This document shows positions 37,872-51,091 of a DNA stretch of 64,000 bases, in pieces. The notes below the pieces were generated by a model, which worked only from the letters and a program-made list of their open reading frames with translations, had not been told where the DNA came from and ran no database searches. Source of the stretch: Octopus vulgaris (lineage: Eukaryota); assembly GCA_951406725.2 (NCBI GenBank), contig OX597836.1, forward strand, positions 47,554,001 through 47,618,000, given 5' to 3'. The position numbers and the translations under genes are program-made. How positions within the stretch are numbered: position 1 is the stretch's first letter; the number at the start of each line of letters is the position of its first letter.

Positions 37872-40800
37872 TTGAACAAAGACAGAATGATCACAATGTG
37901 AATACCTTTGAACAAAGGATTGCTCAAACAAGGCTAGTCAGGTAGTGAACAATACCAATCAACACTATCACCAAAGATTCTTCAAGGAGAGTAATCCTGT
38001 ATTATTTAACCAGTGGTATGTTTTCATTGCATTATGGCTTGGACCAATCAAATGTAGTACTGTTTGACTAAAATAGACATGTATATTGGTTTCAAATATT
38101 GCCACATGGACAGCAACTCTGGGGGAGGGGACTAATCAATTACATCGACCCCAGTGTTCAACTGGTTCTAACACTAGTTCTAATGTAGTACCGTTTGACT
38201 AAAATAGACATGTATATTATCAACTAGTGATAAAAACATGAATGCATTTTGCACCAAAAAGCCAAAAGGAGAGTCTCTCTCATACTAACGACTGAAATAT
38301 AGTTTGTTCTACGAGAGCATCCACATTTAAGTTGGGATAAATATTACCTCTAAGAGAGACATATTTAGGAGTTCTGTTTTGAGTCTAGTCCAATTCTAAG
38401 ACAAAAATGAAGGTTAACAAATGTACAGTACTGTATATAATACTTATACATGCACTGACCAGCAAATATGAATGATGCTTTTATAAGAAGTCTTATTTAC
38501 CATACTACTTATTGGAAGCAGATACCATTCTTATTATATTGGTCAAAGAAAATGTGACCGACAAAGATTGTTGGAACATATGACAACAGCAACAACAACA
38601 ACACTGACCGATGTCAGTACAGTTTTCTATTTATTACATGACAGACAATAATAGGGCACAAAGACAACAGATGTTTCACAAGCAAATTCTCTGATGATAC
38701 ATGGATGTAAGGGGGAGGGTGGCGGGATATAATGCAATTATCAAAAAAGATATGAAACCAATGAAGACAAATAAAAGTAAACAAAAAAAATACTGACATG
38801 CATATACTGACATTTCAGGAATAAATCTCAATAAATAACAAGGAATACAGGTATGTATTAGCTTATAACTCCTCCTCCCATTTGCAAATATTATTAGTAA
38901 CCAAAATATTGTTAACATGTCTCTTGGAAGTAGGTAAGCCTTCATAGAAGCAAGTTAGAATTCAGCCTAAAACTAAAATCTAATATATGCCAAATCCCGC
39001 TAAAGTACCATAATAATATTTCTCACTGTAAAAGTTTATGTTTAAACTAAGCAACTCATTCATTTTAATATAGCAGATGAGAAGGATTTATCAAATATGT
39101 TTTTTTGGATTTAACAAATATATATATATAAAAGAAAGTCAAAATGCAAAGCAAAATAGGAGAGGAAAAAAAAAAAAACTTGGAACTAGTGTATTTTATT
39201 TACCTGATATCTGTAAAAGCACATTGGAGTCATAAATATCTTTTGAAATTTTTTATATTAAGCTACTAAAAAATCAGACATGGAAATAGAAATATAAGCT
39301 AATTCTATGAATCTACAAGAGGCAAAAATTCCAAAGAGTTATTGTGGTTAGTAAAAATAAGAAAAAGAGATGTATTTTAAAAGTTATTTTTAAGTCAAAC
39401 CATTAAGTTGCACACAAATTCACACAGATGAGTACAAGGGAAGGATTACTTGAAGAAAAGGATTTTGAGACTAAAAGTGTAGCAGAGGAATTACTATTCC
39501 ACTGATTGAATTAAATCTGATCTCAGAATTCTTTGCTCATTATTATTATTATTATTATTATTTGTAACAATTGTCAGAGAAGCAGGCAGAATAGCTTGGA
39601 GCAGGTGAGGTTTAGGGTTAGGGTTAGGTAGGATTCGATGCAAAAGCCAAATGTTGCATGAAATGTTGCAAGCATTTACATGCAATAGTAGATGAAGCAA
39701 ACCGAATTGGGGGGTTGGTATAAGGGGTTGTGTGTGTGTATATATATATATACATATATACATATAAAAGAAGCGATAGTTTTATTATTACGCACCTGAT
39801 TGTTATGGGGAGACTAGTACGTCTGATCATCCCAAGTGGCAGCTACATTTTTAAGCACAAGAAAGAAAATAATAACGGGTCAGAAAGAAAAAAGGGTCAG
39901 TTATTACTAAATTTTGCATGCAAGGCTAGCAATTGAATTAAATATAAAGCTTTTTTATTTATTTTTTTTTTTTGTTACATTCACAACTCACTAAAGTGCA
40001 TAATCAAAATAAGAATTGTTTTTTAGCCAATGAAAATATAAGAGTAAGTTAAGAGCAACAAATCAGTGTTCAAAGGTTAAAAATAAAAAAAAAGGAACGT
40101 TAAAGAAATAGCCAATCTCATAGTAGTGCAATCAAGAATATTCTGCAGCTTCATTCCACATTCTAGCAGAAGTAACATGCATTTCTGATATGTATATATA
40201 TGCTGTCCATCCCATGCCAGCATGGAAAACGAACATTAATTAATGAAGAATTAATGATGATAGAGGGGTATCTATGTATAGGTAAATATGTAAAGACAGC
40301 AATTGGAAACAAACAAAAGTAACACAAGAATCTTTGGTGTCAGTTGAGTTAAGTGTTATGTAGAATTCAAGAAAAGTCTTCAAAAGCAATGCTGAGGAGG
40401 GGGGGGGGGAATATGAAATGTTCTCAAAGACTTCAATTTCCAACACAAATATTTACTTTCCAATTCCATTTTCAATTGGCATTTAATCATAACATTTTCA
40501 GTTTCCACAATGATATTCAGTTTCTTATTCTTTCAGTTACGTTTTAAATTCTGTAAATTTTTGAAATACTTGCAATGAATTTCTTTGGTTGCTCTTTGTC
40601 CAAAAGGTGGAAAAGAAAAGACAAAAAAAGTCAATAAAAAAAAAACCACAGAAGGAAATTTAATGATGACACGGACAGGAACAGCACTGAAACAATCTCA
40701 ACATGAAACATCATCAACAAAATTGATAATTACAAAGATAACGATGACAGTGATGATGATGATGATGATGATAATGACAGCAGTACTAAAAGAACATCAA

Positions 40801-41502
40801 CAATATTGAAACAACAATGCAACAACTACTACAATATTAATCAACATCAACAGCATTGGAACAACACTGGAAGAACAGCTGCTGCAATTCTGACCAACAT
40901 CAAAGTTACAAGACAACAATGCCATTGACTGAAACAAACACCAAAACAACAGAGCAACAGAATGAAACACTGTGGGCAAAGTACGACAATGAATTGGATG
41001 AGGGGTCAAGATGTAAAACTGAGACAAATTTGGAGAATAGAAAGAGAAAAGGATTTTGAAATTGAAAATAGCTAACTCCTAATAAATGTGGCTTCTATTT
41101 TGGTATCAAAACTTTGTTTCCTAGTCATCTTCAGCAATAATGTACCCTAGACTACATGATCTAAAGTGTCCTTTTTAAAGATGGCAGGGTGTAATTTGAG
41201 TAGTATTAAGAATGCTCACTGTGATGATGAAAATGTCACTTAGGATTTTGAGGGTATCTAGGACTATTGAAGATTTTACCTTTCTTCTTTAGGGAGACCT
41301 GGCTGTTGTTTCTAGCAGGTTAAGTGACCATATAGAAGCTTCCTTGCTGGCTTGCTTTAGAGTTATATAGCTTTATAACTATAGCAATTGTAGCATGGAA
41401 GACACAAGGTAACCATTCAGAAATGCACAAATACTATTAACTTATCACATTGAGACAAGTCACTGAGTTCGCATGTATATGTCAGTACAAATCCAACCTT
41501 AA

Positions 41503-42579
41503 CCCTTTCGTTACTATATTTCTGACCAAAATACACCCCTTATGTGTTTCAATTAATTTCTAACATAATCATAAATTTAGTCTTGTTTTATTAAACAACT
41601 TTAACTTTTTTATTTATCGATATATCAACGTGAATTTTGGAAGATAATTTAATGAAATGTTCTCAACCAATTCTATACTATAATTTTTGTCACAAAGTGA
41701 CTCTAATTGCAGGTAGATACAGGTAAATTCAACAAAATATAAAATTATTAAAATTTTGTTCAAACATCGCTATAGAAAATGGGTTATTAGCTAATATTCA
41801 ATTGGGTATACAACAAAATTTTACGATAGAATTTGTTATTCTGGGTAACTTTCTGATACCCATAATAATATTTATGGCAAAATAGTTTTAATTTCCTTTA
41901 AGGTTATGGGAAACCACTAACTATCCTTTCTTTCATTTTGTTTACATTTAGCGTAACGGTTCGTTTCCGCCGTAATGATTTCAAATAGGCTCATTCAAAA
42001 CAGTAAAAAGAAATAGTCTAAGGCTTTACTCTTCTGGGAAAGTCTGTGGCTTGGTCCAGTTTCTTCAGAAAAATCACTGAAAGAAACAGTTTTTAAATTT
42101 TTACTCCATTCAGGTGCCAATTCATTTGCTTTATCGCTGTCGGAGCTCTCGGATTCACTGTTTTCACTTTCGGAAAATGAAACATCAGATTCATTATCAA
42201 ATACCACGTGCATTTTTTTTTTCAGTCATAGAGTTAGATTTATGAAGGTCTTCAGTAGAAAATCCTTCGAATTCTGACTCGCTGCTTGATATAATCAAAT
42301 TCGTATCCATTTTTTGTCAGAATTACAAATTTTGAAAACACAATAGGAACAAATTTCAGAAAAAAATATCCCAAAATTCACGGAATTAAAATTACACTTC
42401 AATTTTTGTACAAAACTGTAGTTGGACTCTTTACGAAGTATAATACATGTTTTCATGAATGTACTAAAGAGATTTGCTCTGATATTCTCATTTAAATATG
42501 AATAGGTAAATTCGGGTGGCTTTGGGCAGTTTGGTCACATTAACCAAAATTTTTTTCGGGTGGTTTGGTAACGAAAGGG
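41503..42579 (-). mobile_element. Non-autonomous piggyBac transposon retaining the transposase N-terminus
   Basis: TTAA|CCCTTTCGTTAC...GTAACGAAAGGG|TTAA (12-bp TIR). The minus strand encodes an acidic N-terminus then ALDYFFLLF*MSLFEIITAETNRYAK, the PGBD-type F..LF...I..ETNRYA motif. The catalytic DDD region is absent. Confidence 0.9.
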
Positions 42580-43024
42580 TTAACCAAAAGTCTGAATGGA
42601 GTTACACCCATGTTTCTCACACAAGTACCTCTCCTTAAACCTCTCCCTTTTTATTTTTACATTTTTTTCTTTTAAATTTTTTAGTCTCCTTCCCTCTTCC
42701 CATCTCCTCTTTTACACAATTATTTTTCATTTTATTTATACATTTATCTATGGGGGAGGGTGTATGTATACACGCTTTTGTATATATATATATATATACA
42801 TCTACACAAAGAGGAAAAAATAAAAAACATTATTTCATTTACTTACCTCTAACCCAACCACATTTTTTTTTCAACTATATTTGGTTAATATACTGTTCTA
42901 TTCTTTTTATTAGCTATTATTTTTTTAATTTTTAATTTTATTTTTTATGTTATTTTATTTCATTTTTTATTTATGTATTTTTTATTCCTTTTAATTTTTA
43001 ATTTTTTTCATATTTATTTATATT

Positions 43025-43189
43025 TTACTCTTTTACTTGTCTCCGTCATTTGACTGCAGCCATGCTGGAGCACCACCTTTGTAAGTCTAGCACTTGTTCA
43101 ACTGGTGTCTTTTGCCGAACCATTAGGTTATGGGAGACGTAAACACACCAACATCAGTTGTCAAGCGATGGTGGAGACACAAATACATT

Positions 43190-43225
<36 letters not shown>

Positions 43226-43322
43226 CACATGATGGGCTTCTTTCAGTTTCTGTCTATCAAATCCACTCAAAAGGCTTTGGTTAGCCCAAGGTAATAGTAA
43301 AAGACACTTGCCCAAGGTACCA
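43025..43322 (-). mobile_element. SINE family A, 5'-truncated
   Basis: Tail and body present; stops before the head. Confidence 0.8.
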
Positions 43323-43519
43323 TTTATATATTTTTTATTTTATTTTTATTTCGCTTCCCCTACTTCCACCTAATTCCTCACATCCCTCCTCATTTTCCCA
43401 ACCCCTATTTTCTTTTTTCTTTCTCTCCTTCCTCCTCTCTTCATTCTTTATTGTTAGTATCTCTAATGTTTTACTAATGTTAAGAACAGTGGTCAGTCCA
43501 CATTACCCTGTAAGGAGCA

Positions 43520-43733
43520 TATGGCCAGTTTCCTGGTTTCTCTGGCATATATATTCCTCCCTGGACAGGACACCAATCCTCACAAGATTACTCATTTTTG
43601 CCAGCTGAGTGAACTTGAGCAACATGAAATGAAGTGTTTTGCTCAAGAACACAATGCGTCACCCGGTCCAGGAATCAAAACCACAATCTTACATTCATGA
43701 GTCCAACACCCTAACCACTAAGCCATGTGCCAC
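43520..43733 (-). mobile_element. tRNA-derived SINE family D (CORE/V-like central block)
   Basis: Reverse complement: TGGCTTAGTGG A box, GGTTTTGATTCC B box, TTCTTGAGCAAAACACTT, GTCCTGTCCAGGG. Second copy at 48420-48630. Confidence 0.7.
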
Positions 43734-44087
43734 TACAACACTGTCTTAGCCATCTCTATTTTTGTCAATATCATTATAATTACTGAAAGTTAAAAGTTGC
43801 CAAATATGAAAGTTGATTTTATTTTTTTGATCTTTGAATGTCTTGTAACCGTTGTGTTTCACTTCTTGTTGTAGCTGTCAATTTGGTATTTGGAAAAGGA
43901 AGAAGGAACCAACCACAGAAGTTAAAAGTTAATTGTCTGCAAAGTATTATTTTCTTGCTTCTTAGAAAACCTAAGCTTGCTTCATTTTCCATGGAGATTA
44001 CAATCACCGATTCCTAACTGATTCCTCTCGGGGGAGTAGAATGTTGTGCTGACAGACATACTGAAGAGACAGAAGACTTGTCAGTTT

Positions 44088-44246
44088 GCTGCTACTACTA
44101 CTACTACTACAACTACAACCACCACTTCTACTACTACTACCACCACTCACCCTGCAGCTTCTGCTACCACCACAGCTACTATTAGGATTATTACAATTAC
44201 AACAATAATAACCACTGCTCCTACTATTACTCCTACTACTACTACT
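44088..44246. repeat. Degenerate (ACT/ACC/ATT)n trinucleotide tract
   Basis: Directly visible. Confidence 0.9.
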
Positions 44247-44436
44247 CAAACTTGTCCCGTCCAGAAAGCTACTTCTTGAAACCATTGCCCAACTCGCATT
44301 GTATTCTTCTTGAAAGAGGAGAGAATGAAGAAGAGAAAGGAGAAGCAATACATAACCCACAGCTAGATACCAAAAACCATTGACCACCTGACCACCTGAC
44401 CACCTGACCACCAGAATCACTAATCTATTTTGTTCC

Positions 44437-44813
44437 TTCTTTTACTTGTTTCAGTCATTAGACTGCAGCCATGCTAGGGCATCACTTTGAAGAATTGTAA
44501 TTCAGTGAATTGACCCCAGTACATATTCTGCTTTGTTTAGGCCCCGTATTTATCTTATCGGTCTCTTTTGCCAAACCGCTAAGTTACAGGAACATAAACA
44601 CACCAACACTGATTGTCAAGGAGTGGTGGAATGCAAACGTTTATATATATATATAAATAACAGGCTTTCTTCAGTTTTTCTCTACCAAATTTATTCACAA
44701 GGCTCTGGTTGGCCCAAGGCTATAGTAGAAGACACTTGCCCAAGGTGCCACACAGCAGGACTGAATCTGGAACCATGTGTTTGAAAAACAAACTTCTTAC
44801 GACACAGCCATGC
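44437..44813 (-). mobile_element. SINE family A, old copy
   Basis: Colinear with the family, diverged. Confidence 0.8.
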
Positions 44814-45214
44814 CAAAAAAAACAACAGTGAAAGAAATATCCTAAGTGGTATCACGGTATCAAAGATTTTCAGTGCAACACAATTTTTTGTCAATGAACA
44901 GGATGCAGTTTCAAGCACCACAAATTTTGCCACCATATTGCAAATAAATGTTGAAGAGAAGTTAACAGACTTTGTGTGTTTCGGAATGGTTATCTTGTGT
45001 CTTCCATGCTGCAATTGCTTTACTTTCAACACACAATCTCAGATCAAGATACTTGCTATGCAAGTGCATCTCTGTAATTTATAACTATAATTTTAAAGTC
45101 AGATGTTCATAAAATTTACCACAAATTCTTGTCAATTGTAGAAAAAGTTGATATACTCTGATAATAAATAAATTGAAACTGTTAAATAAAGAATTTTTTT
45201 AAATGTCAAATCTT

Positions 45215-45390
45215 GTTGTTTAGGCCCAGATCAACCCTAATAGCACAAACCTGTGAACAAGAGCATTCCAGCCATGACCATTTCATTTTTTTTTCTTCAA
45301 AGCCACTGTATCTAAGGCTTTGTTATTAAATGTGATTTTTTTAAAGACAGTAGGGTTGACATGAGGGACTGCTATTTCCACCAGGTTGTA
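45215..45390 (+). repeat. Representative of an old unclassified dispersed repeat (other copies near 8940-9135, 12330-12760, 29480-29660, 36295-36480, 36860-37030, 47300-47465, 50440-50650, 54380-54570, 63750-63870)
   Basis: Recurrent motifs GTTGTTTAG(G/C)CCCAG, GCATTCCAGCCATGACC and GCTGCTATTTCTAGCAG in both orientations; heavily diverged. Confidence 0.55.
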
Positions 45391-45732
45391 AAAGTTAACC
45401 TTGTTTGTTCAACACTCAAATCATTGTCAACTGAGGTGTCAACCCCTTAACATCAATGTTAAACATTGGGAAAGAACACACACACATTATTATTATTATT
45501 ATTATTATTATCATCAAATTGATGTTTTAAACTTGCAACAATTGAAGTAGATTTGCAACTTAACCAAGAAACTGCATCGATCTCTTGGAGAAGCTACAAA
45601 GGCCATGAGGTATGTTCCCCACTTCTTAAAGGTCAAACCAACGACAGAAAAGGAAACAAGAATAAATAAATAATGAACGAGTGAAAATATATGTGGAATG
45701 TTTCAGATAAAGAGTAATTTAAAACTAATTAT

Positions 45733-46090
45733 TCTTTATTTGGTTCAGTCATTTGACTGCAGTCTTGCTGGAGCACTGCCTTTAGTCAAACAAACCAACC
45801 CCAGGACTTATTCTTTGCAGGCCTAGTACTTATCCTATCGGTCTCTTTTGCTGAACTGCTAAGTTACGGGGACATAAACACACCAACATCAGTCGTCAAG
45901 CAATGGTGGGGGGACAAACACACACACATATATGACGGGCTTCTTTCAGTTTCCATCTACCAAACCCACTCACAAGGCTTTGGTCAGCTTGAAGCTATAG
46001 TAGAAGACACTTGCCCAAGGTGACACACAGTGGGACTGAACCCAGAACCATGTGGTTGGTAAGCAAACTACATACCACACAGCCATGCCT
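45733..46090 (-). mobile_element. SINE family A
   Basis: Colinear with the family. Confidence 0.85.
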
Positions 46091-47657
46091 GAAAATTTTG
46101 TTTCATGTGACTTCTTCCCACCCCATCCCAACTCCCTTTTTAATACTTTTTCAATAAATTAAGCAACTGTAAACTTTTAAATTCCATTGCTAAATCTCTC
46201 TCCACCACCATCTGATCAACATCTTAATTATAAAGACAGAGTAATAGACACTGCTATTAACTTTTTCAGAGAGAGAGAGAGAGAGGATGACCACAAGAGC
46301 TTCCTTTGATTAATGGTTTTGTAGTAATGAGCACAAAGGTAATGTTTAGTCTCGTTAAATGGTAGGAACTTAGATTGTATACTGATTATTTCGATAAAGC
46401 AATAAAAGACCTGTTAAGTACAAGAAATGTTCTTTACCAATCCAGAAGAATAGCAAATAATACTTATATTGATTGACACAGTAGTTAGAGAACTCAGGCA
46501 ACATTCTCTACTGAAAGGAAAAAAAAGTGTTCAGATTCAAGTTGTATCGTTAAAGGCAAACATGATTTTCTAAAGGTGACATGATGTGCTAATGACAGCT
46601 AATTTTAGCATGCCAATACTTCTTATTAATGAGTGTTAAGAATAAGTGTTTGTTGCTTAATTAGCTGTTAATTGCAATATAATGTTATCAACTTCATTAT
46701 GTAATTTCTAAAGAACCCCTCCATCATCATCATCATCATCATGATCACGTTAAATATCTGGGGGGGGGTCCCCCTGCATAGGTTAAGTTTGTCTGCCATG
46801 TTATTACAAATGTAGTCACATTAGAGATGAGATTAACTTTATGTGTCTATGAAAGAGAGAGTTGGCACAGCCAAGTGTGCAAGATCCCAAGCAGGAAAAA
46901 CCTACAGCTTCATTTAGTTTGTTTTTGTCACCAAAATATGTTCCACAAAATTAAATCTTTGAGAAACCTTCATTAGATAATATATTATGTTTTAGTCACA
47001 GTTTCTGTTTTTTTGTGGGTTTTCTTCTTGTTTAATTGTTTAATCAAGAAGAAGGGCAGTATTCATGATCCCTTTCAGGGACTCCAAAACTGTGGGAGGG
47101 AGAAAGGGATCCTTAAACAAAGTCCTAGCCTGAATGCTTGTAACACAGTGTACTTGGCTAAAGACGTCTAAGTCTCTGGTGCTAGTGTTGAAACAAACAA
47201 TGGATTAAGTCTACCATCCACAGACAACCACAAACTAAAGGAAGATATGGCCATCAAACTTCATTATGACAACATAATAGCCAAACCAATAAAGCAGTCT
47301 CTACATGATATGCTTAATCAAGCAACTTTTTCAAATCCTACCCTGTTTTAAACATGGCAGGATATGTTAGACAACGTAATTCTAGGTATACAATGTAACA
47401 GTATGAGCATTGCTTTGACCATAGATCTGCTTGCCCAGAACTGGTCTGAGAGTAAACACTAACAATTAGGATCAAAATTTCTCAATATTGGCAAAAAGAC
47501 CACCCCCATCCAACTGTTTTTCGCAAATGAAGTTCCCCCATGAAATTTAGCACTGTTACAGATGCTTCCGTGTTAACACTCATCAACAGAAATGTAATAA
47601 GCCAGTGATTAGCTCATTAGAAATCTATAATCAACAATGCTGTTGTGATATTTTTTT

Positions 47658-48050
47658 ATTCTTTTACTTGTTTCAATCATTTGACTTCAGCTATGTTGGA
47701 GAATTGCCATAAATGGTTTTAGTCAAACAAATTGATGCCAGGACTTATTCTTTGCAAGACTAGTACTTATTCTATTGGTCTCTTTTGCTGAACCGCTAAG
47801 TTTATGGGGACATAAACACATGAGTATCAGTTGTCAAGTGATGGTAGGGTGAGGAACAAACAGGCACACACACACATACATATATACGATGGGCTTCTTT
47901 CAGTTTCCATCTACCAAATCCACTCTCAAGGCTTTGGTTGGCCTGAAGCTATAATAAAAGACACTTGCCCAAGGTGCCACACAGTGGGACTGAACCTTGA
48001 ATCATGTGGTTGGAAAGAAAGCTTCCAACCATACAGCCACAACTACACCT
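47658..48050 (-). mobile_element. SINE family A, old copy
   Basis: Colinear with the family, diverged. Confidence 0.8.
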
Positions 48051-48419
48051 AAATACGAAAAAAAAAAAGTCGATTATACATGCTTGCACTTGAGAGAAGT
48101 TGCTATTTGTAGAGTATACAGAAGTATCCTTTCAGAACATAAAAAATGTCTCTACTCTAAGGAAAATACTGTATTTCAATGTGTATAAGGAAGTCTTTTT
48201 TGTCAAAAATTAGATTAAAAAAATATGGAAGTTTCTTATACATGGACAGCATTAAAATCCCTTACAAAACCTTTTTACTAAATTTTAAGCATCCATAATT
48301 AGGGGATTCCTCAGACACTTTAAAATACGGTAAGTGTTTTGGTAATGCAAAGAATATTAGTCTGTCAGAAATTACAGGAAAATGTAACACCCAATAGGAA
48401 TCATATATAGACTGATTAG

Positions 48420-48630
48420 GCAAGTTTCTCAGTTTCCATGGCACATGTAATATTCCCTGGACAGGACACCAGTCTGTCAATGGATTACTCATCTTTGCCA
48501 GCTGAGTGTAATGAAGCAAAGTGAAACAAAGTGCCTTGCTCAAGAACATGACGTGTTGCCCAGTCCAGGAATCAAAACCACCCTCTTAAGATCACGAGTC
48601 AACCACCCTAACCATGAAGCCAAGTACGTC
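48420..48630 (-). mobile_element. SINE family D
   Basis: Homologous to 43520-43733 (CCCTGGACAGGACACC...GCTCAAGAAC...CCAGGAATCAAAACCAC). Confidence 0.7.
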
Positions 48631-49059
48631 CTTGAAGGTGACCCATTAAAAGTGAATCATTCTTGAAATATATTTTTTTACACCTATTTTTTTTTTATTG
48701 GTTGAAGTTTCGTTCTCATCCGTGTTATCATTTACACATTATTGAAGAAGCAATATTTATTTTTGCACTTCTATAATAATGGTTTGTGTTACTATTATTG
48801 ATCCTACTGTTTTCTGTTTGTTTCCACCCACCCTGCCCTTGCATGAAATTGCATAAATTCCTTCAGTAGGTTTAACATTATCTTTCGATAATTAATAGCT
48901 TAAGTAGATAAACATAGTGTTGGAACCAACAAATATTTCCTCCTCCAATTGTTCCATTTATTCTACAAAATTCATTCATTTGAATTTTCAATTTATGATT
49001 CAAATGAATCATATTAGCAATATAATTGATTCCTTTTTTAAATATTGTACTGTTTGATT

Positions 49060-49099
<40 letters not shown>

Positions 49100-49827
49100 T
49101 ACTGATGTGATTTGTTATTATTAGACAAACTGGCAGAATCATTATGTCTGGAAAAAAAATGCCTGGTATTTGTTCTGGATCATTATGCCCAGAGTTCAAA
49201 CACCATTGAGGTCTTTCCTACAAGGGTCGATGAAATAAAGATGAAATAAATAAAGAACCAGTCAATCAAGTAATGGGTTTGATGTAATTAACTAACACTC
49301 GCCCCTCAATATTGTTAGCCTTGTGCCTAAATCAGAAACTATTATTATTGTATTAAAACTCACAGCTTATATTGCTGGGTGTGATGGAAAGTGTCAGCTG
49401 TCCACAGCCAGCAGACTAAGGTGACACCTGTTTTACTGGTCATGCTTCAAGGACCCTGCAAAGAATTCTTGCAGCTCCAAGCAATGCTGATTGTTGTAGA
49501 TGTTCTACCTTCACACTTGCACCAATCTTTTTCAGCTATGTTGGTATATCGTCATCGTCATCATCAAGTTTGCCTTTCATCACTCTAAGGTTGGTAAAAT
49601 AAAATACCAGTAGTTAGGAAGCAAAACGTTTTAACTACATGGCTATGCCTGATATAATGACAGAAAGGTATACTGGCAAGTTTTAGAACATTCTGCTGCA
49701 GAAGAGAAGCTATTATTTTAACCCAAAGGCACTCCTGACAAAACAGATCTATGATCAAGAATTTTCCAACCATGGCAACTCTGGATTTTATTTCAGGCAT
49801 TGTATATCTGGGACAACAGTATGCAAA

Positions 49828-50220
49828 ACTCTTTACTCTTTTACTTGTTTCAGTCATTTGACTGCGGCCATGCTGGAGCACCACCTTTAATCAAGCAACT
49901 CGACCCCGGGACTTATTCTTTGTAAGCCCAGTGCTTATTCTATCGGTCTCTTTTGCCGAACCACTAAGTTACGGGGACATAAACACACCAGCATCAGTTG
50001 TCAAGCAATGCTAGGAGGACAGACACACAAACACACACACACATACATATATATACATATATACATATATATGACGGGCTTCTTCCAGTTTCCGTCTACC
50101 AAATCCACTCACAAGGCTTTGGTCAGCCCGAGGCTATAGAAGACACTTGCCCAGGGTGACGCGCAGTGGGACTGAACCCGGAACCATGTGGTTGGTAAAT
50201 AAGCTACTTACCACACAGCC
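49828..50220 (-). mobile_element. SINE family A, near full length
   Basis: Same as 278-666. Confidence 0.9.
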
Positions 50221-50261
50221 AATGTCCTTTTCTTTTCTTTTTTTTTTTAAGATTAGCTCAT

Positions 50262-50401
50262 CTGGTACTTATTTTATCAACCCTGAAAGGATGAAAGGCA
50301 AAGTCAACCTCATAGGAATTTGAACTCAGAATGTAAAGACAGACAAAATGCCACAGAGCATTTTGCCCGGCGTGTTAATGATTCTGCCAGCTTGCCACCT
50401 T
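50262..50401 (-). mobile_element. SINE family B, head plus core
   Basis: GAAAGGATGAAAGGCAAAG...TTCTGCCAGCTTGCC. Confidence 0.8.
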
Positions 50402-51091
50402 AATACATGTAAATGTGGAAATTTCAATCCAACAAGAAAGCTCTTACATGGTTACTGGTTACCTTGATCTGCTTGAATAGCAGCCAAATCTTTATTAATT
50501 TACATTCTATCATTTTTTAAAAATTGTTACTTGACACTACATCATTGATGTAGTCTTAAACCTTGCTTTAAAAAAATATAGATAGCCGTAGCTGAAACAC
50601 TTTCAATCATACGTCAGCTCAATCCGCACCTATTAGTAGCTAAACAATAACAACTTATAAATTTATAAGTAGAGGTACTTAACGAAAACACTTAACATTT
50701 TGTTATACACTGAGAAAGATTAATTGGACTGCAGCCATACTGGGGTACAATCTCCAAGGGGTTTTAGTCTATAATATCAACCCCAGTTCTTTATTTAGTA
50801 CTCGTTGTATTGGCCACAGATAGAGGAATAGTAAAATCAACTGGGAATGTAGCCATATACAAGGTATTGATGTTTGCATCCAACTGATTCAGCCAAAACT
50901 CTGCCCGTATCTGTGCACACACATGCACCCCCCCACACATACACACACATTTTTATATTGTCAAGAAGTGTATTCCTAGTTATGACATAAAAACCTATCA
51001 GAAGGTTACCATTGGTTTCATGTTCCCTATTGCACTTATCGATATTGACAACCCTTCAGAGAAGTTAGCTGGAAGCACACAGCCTCTTTAA

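Noticed and set aside
39609-39630. Telomeric repeat (also 57106-57118)
   Set aside because: Only two or three units; not evidence of a chromosome end or fusion.
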